Virus record (IMG/VR): IMGVR_UViG_3300037461_000486 | Span: 1-37,918 of that record | DNA: 37,918 nucleotides | Direction: 5' to 3' (one strand) | Origin: a virus | Taxonomy: Duplodnaviria > Caudoviricetes | Shown here: piece by piece, positions 1 to 9,110 of the stretch | Position numbering within the stretch: position 1 is the stretch's first letter | Layout of the letters: each line of letters opens with the position of its first letter | Position numbers and translations under genes: made by a program | The notes under the pieces: generated by a model | What the model was told of the DNA's origin: nothing | The model's input: only the letters and a program-made list of their open reading frames with translations | The model's database searches: none

Positions 1-156
1 CACTCAACTTATGTTCATTATGGTACAGGAGTAACAGTAACGGCAGACTCACATTGTACAAAATGGGAATGGTGGGGCTGTGATAGGTGGACTCAATACG
101 ATTTAAGTCATGCTTCATTCAAAGTAGATTGTGTAGCACCGACTCCAACACCGACT
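1..156. repeat. Terminal direct repeat or circular overlap, left copy
   Basis: Matches 37763-37918 except at positions 127 (G vs A), 146 (C vs T) and 147 (A vs G); positions 1-126 are identical. Confidence 0.97.
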
Positions 157-705
157 AATACACCTGTACCTACGGTTACTAATACACCTATTCCAACAGC
201 TACAAGTACGCCTGAACCTACACCAACAGATGAACCTACACCGACTGAAGTTCAGCCTACACCTACAGATGAGGTTAGGCCAACTCCGACTGATGTAGAA
301 CCGACAAAAGAAATAACACCGACTCCTGAAAAGCACGAAACTTGTGAAGGAAAAGGAAATGATGAGAATGGTCATCCTTGTGGCTGGTCACCTGAACCCT
401 ACAGATCACCTGAATACAAGCCAACAGTCTGTAGTGTTTCAGTACCACTCAAACCGACACTTAAATACGGAAGGAAAAGCAATACCGTAGTCGAGCTTAC
501 ATGGAATGAAAACGACACAAACACGACTCATTGGGCTATTTCTTATGGTCTTACAAAAGATAATTTAATTTATGGGATTCCGTTTTTACCGAAGGAAAGC
601 AGACGCATAGATATAAACGGACTTAACTCAAAGAACTGGTGGTTTCAACTCATACGATACAACACAGGGGATTGTGCTGTAAGAAGTGATGTTGTTGATC
701 CTTGA
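1..705 (+). CDS. 3' part of a secreted protein spanning the junction (Cys-rich domain, Pro/Thr linker, C-terminal FN3-like beta domain)
   Basis: Frame 1 is open from 1 to TGA 703-705 and in frame with TTG 37568. It contains PTPTPTNTPVPTVTNTP...EPTPT repeats and VELTW...THWAISYG...YGI...INGL...WFQ. Not in the ORF track. Confidence 0.85.
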   Translation, partial: HSTYVHYGTGVTVTADSHCTKWEWWGCDRWTQYDLSHASFKVDCVAPTPTPTNTPVPTVTNTPIPTATSTPEPTPTDEPTPTEVQPTPTDEVRPTPTDVEPTKEITPTPEKHETCEGKGNDENGHPCGWSPEPYRSPEYKPTVCSVSVPLKPTLKYGRKSNTVVELTWNENDTNTTHWAISYGLTKDNLIYGIPFLPKESRRIDINGLNSKNWWFQLIRYNTGDCAVRSDVVDP

Positions 706-712
706 TATATAC

Positions 713-734
713 ACAGGAGGCTTATACCTCCTGT
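713..734 (+). promoter_or_regulatory. Perfect hairpin ACAGGAGG-cttata-CCTCCTGT before the HNH remnant
   Basis: 8-bp inverted repeat containing GGAGG, ending 3 nt before ATG 738. Confidence 0.55.
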
Positions 735-737
735 AAT

Positions 738-947
738 ATGGCAAGAATGATAAATTTAACACGAGGACATTTTGCGATCGTAGATGATGAAGATTTTAAT
801 AAAATTAACCAATATAAATGGCATTATCTTAAAAGTAGAGATGGACAAGAATATGCTAAAAGAAGTGGAACAAAAATCAAAACTCAATATCTTCACCGAT
901 TTATTATGGGAGAACCAAAGGAAAAATATGTAGACCATTATTATTAA
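738..947 (+). pseudogene. Truncated HNH homing-endonuclease-like gene
   Basis: INLTRGHFAIVDDEDF...KW...YLHRFIM...YVDH is the typical N-terminal part of HNH/AP2 endonucleases, but it stops just after the first His. Parallels the intact gene at 33224-33706. Confidence 0.75.
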
Positions 948-965
948 CTTACTAAAGGAGGAAAA

Positions 966-1340
966 ATGAAATTGAAAGAGGAAATTTTAAAAACTTTAAG
1001 CGATCTACCAATAAAAAGAAGAACAATGGCAAAAAGATGTAAAGATTGCGGGAGATATAGAAATTACAATATTTGCGATCATTGGTGTCCAAGTCCTAAA
1101 TACACATGGAGGGAAGGATTAATACTTAATAAGGGAAAGATGTATAAGCAAGATAAAGTGAAAGGCTTTGTAGAAATCAAATCCGAATCCCCCAAAGATA
1201 AAGTTAAAAGATATTTGAAGGAAGCGGAAGAATTATTTAAAGGATTTAGTAATCATAAAGATTATGAAATGATTGATTGCTACATATGGTATGGAATTAT
1301 CGTAGAAATAGCCAAAATGCTTCAAAAGGAAGAAAAATGA
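966..1340 (+). CDS. Hypothetical protein with Cys/His cluster
   Basis: Strong SD AAGGAGG; CKDC...CDHWC. Confidence 0.75.
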   Translation: MKLKEEILKTLSDLPIKRRTMAKRCKDCGRYRNYNICDHWCPSPKYTWREGLILNKGKMYKQDKVKGFVEIKSESPKDKVKRYLKEAEELFKGFSNHKDYEMIDCYIWYGIIVEIAKMLQKEEK

Positions 1341-1402
1341 GATATTATACCTGAAATAATCTCTATTGCTTATTTATTACAAAGGGCAGAGGATAATAAC
1401 CT

Positions 1403-1759
1403 ATGACTCTCAAACATAACACAGAAAAGAATACAAAGAAAAAAATAATACACAATATTGGACTTTGTAAGCATAAAGCATTTTTTGGTATGGAATGGGG
1501 GCATTGTATTAAGTGTGGTAAGGCATTTAAAAACTGTGATATTTGTTTTCCAAATAATAGAATAGATGCACCATTTCCAAAATGTAAATGGTGTAATTAT
1601 AAAGGATATGAACAACATGCTTGTGCTGATTATCAAAATGAACCAGTAGAAGATCCAAGAAATATGACTCATAAGGATTTGTGTTTAATAGTTAAGACTT
1701 TATCCGAAAGAGTAGAAGGATTAAATAATAGGGTTTTAAAACTTGAAGGTTATATATGA
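1403..1759 (+). CDS. Cys-rich, probably Zn-binding hypothetical protein
   Basis: CxxC three times plus His; coiled-coil C-terminus; ATGA overlap with the next gene. Confidence 0.75.
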   Translation: MTLKHNTEKNTKKKIIHNIGLCKHKAFFGMEWGHCIKCGKAFKNCDICFPNNRIDAPFPKCKWCNYKGYEQHACADYQNEPVEDPRNMTHKDLCLIVKTLSERVEGLNNRVLKLEGYI

Positions 1760-2073
1760 AATCAAACACAGATAAGAAGTGGGAAAAGGAATTAAATAAA
1801 ATTATTTTATTATGGATTTCTCCTGATGGTGATGAATTTAAAGGAAGTTTAGGAAGTGCTTGTAATGACAAAGCTATCCCTAATTTTATTTCAGATTTAC
1901 TTCTCCAATCCCGAAAAGAGTGGATTAAAGAAATTAAAAAAATAGATATACGAAATCCACTTGGAAGATATGTAGCTTATGAACCAGATGAAGATACTCA
2001 ATTTAATGTAGGTTGGCATGAGGCTTTAAAAAAAGTTCTCTCCCTTCTTGAAGAATTAGGAGTTAAAAAATGA
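1756..2073 (+). CDS. Hypothetical phage protein
   Basis: ATGA-coupled at both ends; GWHEAL C-terminal motif common in small phage proteins. Confidence 0.75.
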   Translation: MKSNTDKKWEKELNKIILLWISPDGDEFKGSLGSACNDKAIPNFISDLLLQSRKEWIKEIKKIDIRNPLGRYVAYEPDEDTQFNVGWHEALKKVLSLLEELGVKK

Positions 2074-2240
2074 AACGCTATGCCATCTCATCAACTTATT
2101 TTGACACTCTTGAAAAAGCAAGAGAGAAACTTGAAGAATATGATGACAGACTGGACAAAGACGCTCTAATTTTTGAATCAAGCACTTATTACAAGCCGAT
2201 TAAAAAAATTATCTTAATGAAAGCGAAAAGGATAAAATGA
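2070..2240 (+). CDS. Hypothetical protein (56 aa)
   Basis: MKRYAISSTYFDTLEKAREK...; SD AGGAG; ATGA overlaps at both ends; below the ORF-track cutoff. Confidence 0.7.
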   Translation: MKRYAISSTYFDTLEKAREKLEEYDDRLDKDALIFESSTYYKPIKKIILMKAKRIK

Positions 2241-2407
2241 AAGCCCTAAACATAACACTTCTAATATTCAACATAGTATGTGCAATATTTTTATTTACTT
2301 GTCTTATGCTCGTATATAGTCAGTATAGTGATGTAGCCAAAGGCCGACAATGTATTCAATTTAACAATGGGAAGGTTCAATGGTGCAAGTATTGTTACAT
2401 GAAATGA
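2237..2407 (+). CDS. Small membrane protein (56 aa)
   Basis: MKALNITLLIFNIVCAIFLFTCLMLVY hydrophobic helix, Cys-rich tail, ATGA overlaps at both ends. Confidence 0.65.
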   Translation: MKALNITLLIFNIVCAIFLFTCLMLVYSQYSDVAKGRQCIQFNNGKVQWCKYCYMK

Positions 2408-2625
2408 CACAACTTTGGGAAATCTACAACGATAAAGATTGGTTAAATGAAAAGTATTGTCTTTGCAAGGTATGTCTTGGCGCAAAAGTCCCAAGAAAAG
2501 AATGCAAATGCAAGTTATGTGATATATGCGGAATACACATAAATAAAGGCCATATGAACGAAAAAAGTTATAAAGGTTTATGCCATTATTGTTATGATTA
2601 TAGACAAAGACATCCAAACGCTTAA
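2404..2625 (+). CDS. Cys-rich zinc-finger-like protein
   Basis: CLCKVC, CKCKLCDIC and CHYC; start moved to ATG 2404 because of the ATGA overlap. Confidence 0.7.
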   Translation: MTQLWEIYNDKDWLNEKYCLCKVCLGAKVPRKECKCKLCDICGIHINKGHMNEKSYKGLCHYCYDYRQRHPNA

Positions 2626-2839
2626 AAGCACAGAATGGAAATATCTTAAAAGGGATGGAACATTCAAAGTCCTAAATGCCTATACGGCAGAAGATGATGA
2701 TTTCATTACATGGATAGAACAGCAAATATCAACAGAAGGCAAAAAAAATATAACTATGCACAACAGATTAAGATACCGGCTGGAATGGCTGAAAGTTATT
2801 GATAAGGTTAGAAGTTATAAGGAAGAAGAACAAATATGA
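2594..2839 (+). CDS. Hypothetical protein
   Basis: ORF coupled by ATGA to the small terminase. Confidence 0.65.
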   Translation: MIIDKDIQTLKSTEWKYLKRDGTFKVLNAYTAEDDDFITWIEQQISTEGKKNITMHNRLRYRLEWLKVIDKVRSYKEEEQI

Positions 2840-3255
2840 CAAAAGGAAATAAGCCAACAGAAATGCAAGCCAAAGCAATGCAATATATACTTGACGGAGA
2901 AAAACCGAAGGATGCAATGATTAGGGCGGGGTATAGTCCCAAAGTAGCAAAAGACTATAAACAAAATTTACTTGAATACAAAGGCCCACAACAAATAATT
3001 AAAGAACACCAGGCAGAATTCGCAAGAGTAGGGATAACACCTATCTACATGGCACGAAAAACTGCAGAATGGCTTGAAGCTACAAAGATAAAAAGCAGTA
3101 TGACAGAGCCGGATAAGGAAGTACCTGATTACCAAATACAAATAAAAGCAGCAGAACGTGTAGACAAGATATGGGGCATAAACCAGGAAAACGATATAAC
3201 AAACGTACAAATAAACATTACACCAATACTGGGAAAGGATACGAAGACAGAATGA
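2836..3255 (+). CDS. terS: Terminase small subunit
   Basis: HTH with AMIRAGYS motif, NVQINI C-terminal strand, position directly before TerL. Confidence 0.8.
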   Translation: MTKGNKPTEMQAKAMQYILDGEKPKDAMIRAGYSPKVAKDYKQNLLEYKGPQQIIKEHQAEFARVGITPIYMARKTAEWLEATKIKSSMTEPDKEVPDYQIQIKAAERVDKIWGINQENDITNVQINITPILGKDTKTE

Positions 3256-4430
3256 ACTTCATCCGCACAACAGCAACAGAAAAGATATTACAATTAAGAA
3301 AGCGTATTCGTGGTGTAGCAGGGGGAACATCCGCATCAAAGACTATATCTATTCTTCTATGGCTTATACATCATGCGCAGACACACAAGAACTTAGTACT
3401 AAGTGTTGTATCAGAGAGTTTTCCGCATCTTAAAAGAGGCGCAATAAGGGACTTTCTAAACATAACATCAACAAACGCATTTAACTTTGATGATAAAAGG
3501 TGGAATAAGACTGACTATGTATATGAATTTGAAAGCGGAAGTAAATTAGAGTTTTTTTCTGCAGACCAGCCATTTAAAGTTCGAGGCCCTAGAAGGGATG
3601 TTTTATTTATAAACGAAGCAAACAACATAAACTATGACACTTATACAATGTTAGAAGTAAGAACTAAGGATATCATATGGCTGGATTGGAACCCGGTGAG
3701 TGAGTTTTGGTTCTACTCGGAAGTACTACCGCATACTGATTGTGATTTCATAAAGCTAACTTACAAGGATAATGAAGCGCTTGATCCAAAGATCGTACAA
3801 GCAATAGAAGCACGAAGATACAACAAAAACTGGTGGAAGGTATATGGTGAAGGTGAATTGGGTGTAAGTGAAGGAAGGATATATAACGACTGGGCCATAA
3901 TTGATGAAGTACCGCATGAAGCAAGACTCGAACGTTACGGGCTTGACTTTGGCTATTCTAACGATCCTACGGCCATTGTAGCGGTCTACAGGTACAACAA
4001 CGGCTTTATACTGGATGAAATAACTTATCTTAAAGGTTTATCAAACAAACAAATAGCCGATACGCTTCTTAACTTGCCAAAAGCATTAACTATAGCTGAT
4101 AGTGCTGAACCAAAAAGCATAGATGAAATAGGAAGCTATGGAATATCAATAATGCCGTCAGTAAAAGGACAAGGAAGCGTACTTCAAGGCATACAATACG
4201 TACAACAACAAAGAATAAGCGTAACAAAACGATCTATTAATATCTTAAAAGAATACCGTAATTTCTTATGGCTAACTGATAAAGACGGAAGGATAATCAA
4301 CGAACCTGACCCGGTATTTAAGCACGCTATGGATGCCATATCATATAGCCTAAACAGTTTGAAACCATATGAAGACGATACAGAGGTTTTGCCGGATGAT
4401 ACTAAAATATTCAAAGGTGGATTCTATTAA
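3252..4430 (+). CDS. terL: Terminase large subunit (PBSX-like)
   Basis: Walker A-like GGTSASKT, Walker B-like LFINEAN, DWNP, nuclease motifs GLDFGYSNDPT, ADSAEPKSI and HAMDAISY; start at ATG 3252 (ATGA overlap). Confidence 0.95.
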   Translation: MNFIRTTATEKILQLRKRIRGVAGGTSASKTISILLWLIHHAQTHKNLVLSVVSESFPHLKRGAIRDFLNITSTNAFNFDDKRWNKTDYVYEFESGSKLEFFSADQPFKVRGPRRDVLFINEANNINYDTYTMLEVRTKDIIWLDWNPVSEFWFYSEVLPHTDCDFIKLTYKDNEALDPKIVQAIEARRYNKNWWKVYGEGELGVSEGRIYNDWAIIDEVPHEARLERYGLDFGYSNDPTAIVAVYRYNNGFILDEITYLKGLSNKQIADTLLNLPKALTIADSAEPKSIDEIGSYGISIMPSVKGQGSVLQGIQYVQQQRISVTKRSINILKEYRNFLWLTDKDGRIINEPDPVFKHAMDAISYSLNSLKPYEDDTEVLPDDTKIFKGGFY

Positions 4431-4640
4431 ATGCAAATACAACGTCTTATCATTCAAAAGATAGAACTTAAACAAAAAGATGATGTTATGATAGAAGAAC
4501 GCAATTGGTTAGTTCACCAGGATATTGAAAATGAAATGAAAAGAAGACAAAATGGTTTATACTGTTTTGGGCTAAGGGTTGTAAACGGTGAAATAACAGA
4601 TTATTTGCCGATAGACAATGCAGAACACAATTTGCCCTGA
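4431..4640 (+). CDS. Small protein, DUF2292/YezD-like (copy 1)
   Basis: Helix, then NGLYCFGLRVVNGEITD beta-hairpin pattern; family call by motif resemblance only. Confidence 0.5.
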   Translation: MQIQRLIIQKIELKQKDDVMIEERNWLVHQDIENEMKRRQNGLYCFGLRVVNGEITDYLPIDNAEHNLP

Positions 4641-4788
4641 ATTTCATAGTCTTATTGAAAAGGAAGCACAAGCAATAAGATACGGAACACTGACATTTAC
4701 CGTTATATTGAAGAACGGAAGGCCGGTATCAAAAGTGAGGGTGGTAAGAAATAAAAGATGGAAGTATAAAGACGGTAAACGATTGTAA
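4618..4788 (+). CDS. Small basic protein, DUF2292/YezD-like (copy 2, 56 aa)
   Basis: MQNTICPEFHSLIEKEAQAIRYGTLTFTVILKNGRPVSKVRVVRNKRWKYKDGKRL; the YGxLxFxVxxxNG pattern resembles YezD; not in the ORF track. Confidence 0.6.
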   Translation: MQNTICPEFHSLIEKEAQAIRYGTLTFTVILKNGRPVSKVRVVRNKRWKYKDGKRL

Positions 4789-4792
4789 ATAC

Positions 4793-4882
4793 TTGACAAA
4801 AACTTTCAGAAGGAATATATATTAAATTGGAATTTGACTTTGTCAGTCAATACCACGTTTTTAAAAGACGTGGTTTTTTTTT
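4793..4882 (+). promoter_or_regulatory. Late leader copy 1: promoter, antiterminator-like stem and terminator
   Basis: TTGACA 4793; TGG-AAT-TTGACT(ttgtc)AGTCAA-TA-CCA 4828-4855; terminator ACCACGT...ACGTGGT plus T9 directly before portal ATG 4883. Confidence 0.75.
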
Positions 4883-6712
4883 ATGGAGCAAATAATAAAC
4901 GATATCAAAACAAGATTCTCCGCAGCAGACACATATCTTGGAACCAAACGTGATATGTGGGATCAGTATGAACACGTATTCCACAACGCACTTGACGATT
5001 CAATATCAGATAAAACTAAGTCCCAGGTATTTGATCCCAAGCTTGCAACATATGTACTAGAACGATCTTACAGGGTCATGTCACAGATGATGGTTGGCAA
5101 GGTAAAAGCAATCTCAAAGAATGATGAAGGCGCAAGCAAGCTGATGAACTTGATACTTGAAAAATACATCATTCCAAATGCCAACGCACAATGGGACTTT
5201 CTAACCAAATGCCGAATGGTTGATACTTATTCAAACATATACGGTAACTTCTTTGCTTTAATAGATTGGGATATAAAGACAAACGGTTATAGAGGCCCGG
5301 ATATGTGGCTTATACCGATAAGGGATGTATTCCCGCAAGTTGGGGCAGTATCTTTGGAAGATAGTGAATACATCATCATAAGGTCATGGCGCAATATTTC
5401 ATACTTCAAAGGACTTAAAAAGCAGGATTCATTCAAAAACATATCTACAGTTGTTGATAAGTTATCCAAAATAGCCGGTGATAAAGGCGATAGGGACACA
5501 TACGATAAAACGCAAAGAGAAGAAGACCACTATCCTGACACAGACCCGGTAAAAGGAAAAGGATATTATGAAGTTCTTTCAATGTTTGAACGTGACAGAT
5601 GGGTCGATTACGTTACGGCTGCTGATGAAGTGATAAGGGACACTAAAAACCCGCATGATGACGGAGAACTCCCGGTAGTAAACAAATTCTCAATACCTTT
5701 ACTTGACGATATCATCGGTATGGGTGACTTTGAACGTGGACTTCCAATGCAGTACACATTAAACAGCGCTTGGAATTTATACTTGGATGCCGTAAAGATA
5801 TCCATTTTCCCGCCTGTACTTCTAAACAAAGATAATATCGCTTCAATGTCATCAATTAAGTTTGGGCCTGCTGCAAAATGGCTGGTAAGAAACAATATTT
5901 CAAATACTGCACAGACTTTAAACTTAACTCCACAGGGAATCAACTCATTTAACAACGTATATCAATTAGCCAACGCTTCAATAATGAATATGTTCGGTAC
6001 AAGTGATACATCAATAAGCGAACAGACTGATCCGGGACTTGGTAAGACACCTAGAGCCTTAAACATGCAGGCGCAAAGGCAAAATAGCAGGGATACAACA
6101 GACAGATTCTACATGGAACAGTTTTTGACTAAAGTTGCAAAGAAGTTTGTAAACCTAATGAGCAAGAACCAAAGCAAGTCAGTACAGGTAAGGATGTTCA
6201 GGCCGGAAATAGAACAGCTTGCACGAAGCTATGAAGATATAGCTGATATGTATGACGAAAAGACAGGTAAACTTACAATCAAAAAGTCACAGACAGGTTC
6301 ACTTCTCTACGACTACGAAATAGTTCCCGGATCAACATATCTAGTAGATCAAAACAAACAGAACGAAAACTTATCAATGCTTTTGGAACTTCTGATGAAG
6401 AACCCGCAAATGACACAAGTTCTCCAACAGGAAGGAATGACAGTAAAACTTGGCGAATTATTTAAAAGGATTGTAACCAATTCCGGCATACAGGATTGGG
6501 ACAAGATACTAGAAGAAGAAGGAGAAGGAGAAAAAGGAGAAGGTATGCTGAAACAGCATGAAGCACAGCTTCAGCAGTTTATAGCACAATTACAAGGCGG
6601 TATGCCTGCACAACCGGGTATGCAGAACCCGAATGAAGTACCTTCCCAGCCTTCAGGCATGGAACAGTTACCACAGATGCCTCAGGGTCAGGAGGTGAAT
6701 TTTGGTGGTTAA
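4883..6712 (+). CDS. Portal protein
   Basis: 609 aa after TerL; podophage portal-like motifs (NIYGNFF, KNPH..GELP, GKTP) and Q/P/M/G-rich C-terminus. Confidence 0.9.
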   Translation: MEQIINDIKTRFSAADTYLGTKRDMWDQYEHVFHNALDDSISDKTKSQVFDPKLATYVLERSYRVMSQMMVGKVKAISKNDEGASKLMNLILEKYIIPNANAQWDFLTKCRMVDTYSNIYGNFFALIDWDIKTNGYRGPDMWLIPIRDVFPQVGAVSLEDSEYIIIRSWRNISYFKGLKKQDSFKNISTVVDKLSKIAGDKGDRDTYDKTQREEDHYPDTDPVKGKGYYEVLSMFERDRWVDYVTAADEVIRDTKNPHDDGELPVVNKFSIPLLDDIIGMGDFERGLPMQYTLNSAWNLYLDAVKISIFPPVLLNKDNIASMSSIKFGPAAKWLVRNNISNTAQTLNLTPQGINSFNNVYQLANASIMNMFGTSDTSISEQTDPGLGKTPRALNMQAQRQNSRDTTDRFYMEQFLTKVAKKFVNLMSKNQSKSVQVRMFRPEIEQLARSYEDIADMYDEKTGKLTIKKSQTGSLLYDYEIVPGSTYLVDQNKQNENLSMLLELLMKNPQMTQVLQQEGMTVKLGELFKRIVTNSGIQDWDKILEEEGEGEKGEGMLKQHEAQLQQFIAQLQGGMPAQPGMQNPNEVPSQPSGMEQLPQMPQGQEVNFGG

Positions 6713-7028
6713 ACAGGCAATAAAGCCAAATTTCTTTACTGAATACAGGCAGATAAGCACATTAAAAACTGAAAAGAAAAAAGATGACCAGGACTTGCAT
6801 CTGCATTCTTTATCAAATCACAAAGGATGGGAGATATTAAATAAGTTCATAGATGGTCTTAAAAAAGACTTAGACAATTTAGTTAGCGCAAGAATGGAAA
6901 GTGGCGCAAGTTTTGATGAAATAGGACAAAAGATGCTTATAGTGTCATTGGTAAAGGAATATCTTACAAAGATTCAAAACAAGGTAGAAGATGCAAGAGA
7001 AGAAGTTGAACCAAGAGGAGAAGATTGA
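6702..7028 (+). CDS. Small post-portal protein (head assembly associated)
   Basis: SD AGGAGGTGA; helical protein with GW motif in the usual post-portal position. Confidence 0.7.
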   Translation: MVVKQAIKPNFFTEYRQISTLKTEKKKDDQDLHLHSLSNHKGWEILNKFIDGLKKDLDNLVSARMESGASFDEIGQKMLIVSLVKEYLTKIQNKVEDAREEVEPRGED

Positions 7029-7239
7029 AGCAGATAGTGAAGTTTTGGACTTTAACAAGCCGGACTTTAAATTCATACCGCCAGGCTTTCACGATTGGGT
7101 ACAACGGGGATATTACTTAGTATGCAGAAGTTGTGAACTAGAACATGGAGTATGGGTTGGATATGACAAGATAATAGTAGGCAAGAACGAAAAAGGCGAA
7201 CCGATCATGAAGAAACGAAAAGATGTGGGAATGGTTTAG
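6991..7239 (+). CDS. Hypothetical protein with H/CxxC/H metal motif
   Basis: HDWVQRGYYLVCRSCELEH. Confidence 0.75.
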   Translation: MQEKKLNQEEKIEADSEVLDFNKPDFKFIPPGFHDWVQRGYYLVCRSCELEHGVWVGYDKIIVGKNEKGEPIMKKRKDVGMV

Positions 7240-7262
7240 GAAACAAAATTATTTGTTTCTTA

Positions 7263-7292
7263 ATGGTTCTCACATGACCATAAGCGGTGTGG
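7263..7292 (+). promoter_or_regulatory. Putative H-type pseudoknot upstream of the scaffold gene
   Basis: Stem ATGGTT/GACCAT (7263-68/7276-81); loop CACAT can pair with GTGTG 7287-91; SD GAAAGGA follows. Confidence 0.45.
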
Positions 7293-7320
7293 CACTTTAC
7301 AAATTTAACGAAAGGACTGT

Positions 7321-8079
7321 ATGAGCAATACAGAAGATACGGCGTTAAACCAAAACGTTGGGGAAGAAACCAATGTTTCAACTACGCCGGTTGAAGAAAT
7401 AAAAGCGCCTGAAACGGAAACAGAACCAATAGAAGAAGCTTCATCGACGGATGAAGCGGAAACTAAAGGTGAAGATACCGAAAAGGAAGTTCCTGTTAGA
7501 AAAGGTGCAGAGGCAAGGATCAGGGAACTTAATGCCAAAGCTAAAGCTGAGAAGGAAAGAGCTGATTCCCTGGCACAGAAACTTGAGAACTTTACAAGGG
7601 AAGTTGTCCCGCAGGGGCCACAAGCTCCATATCAATCTCAAGTTGAACCGGGAACAGAAGTAACGCCTGAGCAATATAAGAGTGACGTCATGCGAACTGC
7701 GGATGCCCTCGTACAACTCAGGCTTAATCAACAAAAAGTTGTTGATAATATAAATAGTGAAGCTAATAAGGCAATTAAGGAATATCCTGAACTTGATCCC
7801 GACAGCGATCAATTCAACAAGGAACTTAATGATACTGTTACGGAAGCTACACTTGCACTTGTAAGAAGTAATCCGACAGCGTCAGTAAAGAAGTTCGTTG
7901 ACAGATTAATGAAGCCTTATAAGAAATCATTAACAAAGGAAGTGGCCGAAGAAACAGAAACCATTACAAAACAGGTAGCTGCACAATCCCTAAGGCCAAC
8001 TCCTATGGTAAAGAGCAATAAAAACGATAGAGAAAAAACTATTGAAGAACTGGAAAGAGAATTGGGGGTTGTGTATTAA
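7321..8079 (+). CDS. Capsid scaffolding protein
   Basis: Acidic disordered N-terminus, AEARIREL coiled coil, YPELDPDS motif, directly before the capsid gene. Confidence 0.85.
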   Translation: MSNTEDTALNQNVGEETNVSTTPVEEIKAPETETEPIEEASSTDEAETKGEDTEKEVPVRKGAEARIRELNAKAKAEKERADSLAQKLENFTREVVPQGPQAPYQSQVEPGTEVTPEQYKSDVMRTADALVQLRLNQQKVVDNINSEANKAIKEYPELDPDSDQFNKELNDTVTEATLALVRSNPTASVKKFVDRLMKPYKKSLTKEVAEETETITKQVAAQSLRPTPMVKSNKNDREKTIEELERELGVVY

Positions 8080-8103
8080 GTTTTAGAAAGGTGGTGAATC
8101 ATA

Positions 8104-9027
8104 ATGGCAGATTTGACAAATACAACAATATTAACACCAGCAGTTTCAACATATTACGAGAAAGTATTCTTGAAAAGGGCTGAATATCCTTTAATTCTTG
8201 AACAGGGCGCACAGAAAAGAACGCATGCACAGAATGAAGGGAAAACTATCAATTTCACTAGGTATGATGTTATTGATATCAATTCCACAGCATTGACTGA
8301 AGGATGCAATCCTTCAATCTCCGCTATGGCAGCTTCAACAGTTGCAGTAACTTTGGCAGAATACGGAAGAACATTCCAACTTTCAAAGTTTGTGACTTTA
8401 ACATCTATTGATAAAAACATGGCTGAAACCATTGGTTTAGTTGGACAGAACATGGGAGAAACTCTTAACAGATTAGTTAGGAATGAACTTATGTCAGGTA
8501 CTACTTACTATGGAAATGACCATGCAATAGATACGATAGCAGCTGGTGATACATTAGACGCATGTGATTGTAGAATGATTGTTCAGGACTTGGAGCAGGC
8601 AAAAGCAAGAGCTTATACTGATGGATTCTTCCTGGGTAAAGTCGGGCCACTTAGCAAAGTAAATCTTATTGGAGATTCTACTTGGGTTAATGCAAAGACT
8701 TATTCTGATGTAAAAGACCTTTACAAAGGAGAAATGGGAGAACTTTATCAGATAAGATGGCTTTTGAATTATGACGAGGCTTGTGGAATAGAGGCTACTT
8801 CAACAGCAGCTTCAACAATCTCTAGGGCTTATGCATACGTTCACGGAGCAGAAGCTTTTGGAGTATATGATCTTGAAGGTGATAAACCTAAACTGTTCAT
8901 TCTTCCGAATCAATTAGATTCAGGAAGTCCGGCAGGCAGAAGGTCATACGTTTCATGGGCGGGTTCATACGCAGTTAAACTTTTGAATTCTACATGGGTT
9001 AGAAGAGGCGCATTTTCGCTTACCTAA
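8104..9027 (+). CDS. Major capsid protein (N4-gp56-like family)
   Basis: NEGKTINFTRY, LTEGxxP, VTLAEYG, LYKGEMGELYQIRW and HGAEAFG motifs. Confidence 0.92.
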   Translation: MADLTNTTILTPAVSTYYEKVFLKRAEYPLILEQGAQKRTHAQNEGKTINFTRYDVIDINSTALTEGCNPSISAMAASTVAVTLAEYGRTFQLSKFVTLTSIDKNMAETIGLVGQNMGETLNRLVRNELMSGTTYYGNDHAIDTIAAGDTLDACDCRMIVQDLEQAKARAYTDGFFLGKVGPLSKVNLIGDSTWVNAKTYSDVKDLYKGEMGELYQIRWLLNYDEACGIEATSTAASTISRAYAYVHGAEAFGVYDLEGDKPKLFILPNQLDSGSPAGRRSYVSWAGSYAVKLLNSTWVRRGAFSLT

Positions 9028-9033
9028 TATTGT

Positions 9034-9071
9034 TTGGCTTTACTACCGAAATGGTAAAGCCAACATTTCGG
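9034..9071 (+). promoter_or_regulatory. Post-capsid 12-bp hairpin with an alternative pairing
   Basis: TTGGCTTTACTA/TGGTAAAGCCAA; loop CCGAAA is complementary to TTTCGG 9066-71; no U-tract. Confidence 0.55.
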
Positions 9072-9110
9072 AGGCAATATGAGAAAAAGAAATATAAAAG
9101 GAGTTATTTA

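Noticed and set aside
1-156. Near-identical repeat pair as a DGR template and variable region
   Set aside because: Differences are not adenine-specific in one direction, there is no reverse transcriptase, and the copies are simply the contig ends.
3318-3620. Deviant TerL Walker motifs (ASKT, FINE) as an inactive terminase
   Set aside because: The Lys-Thr and catalytic Glu are retained and the nuclease motifs are intact; such variants occur in PBSX-like terminases.
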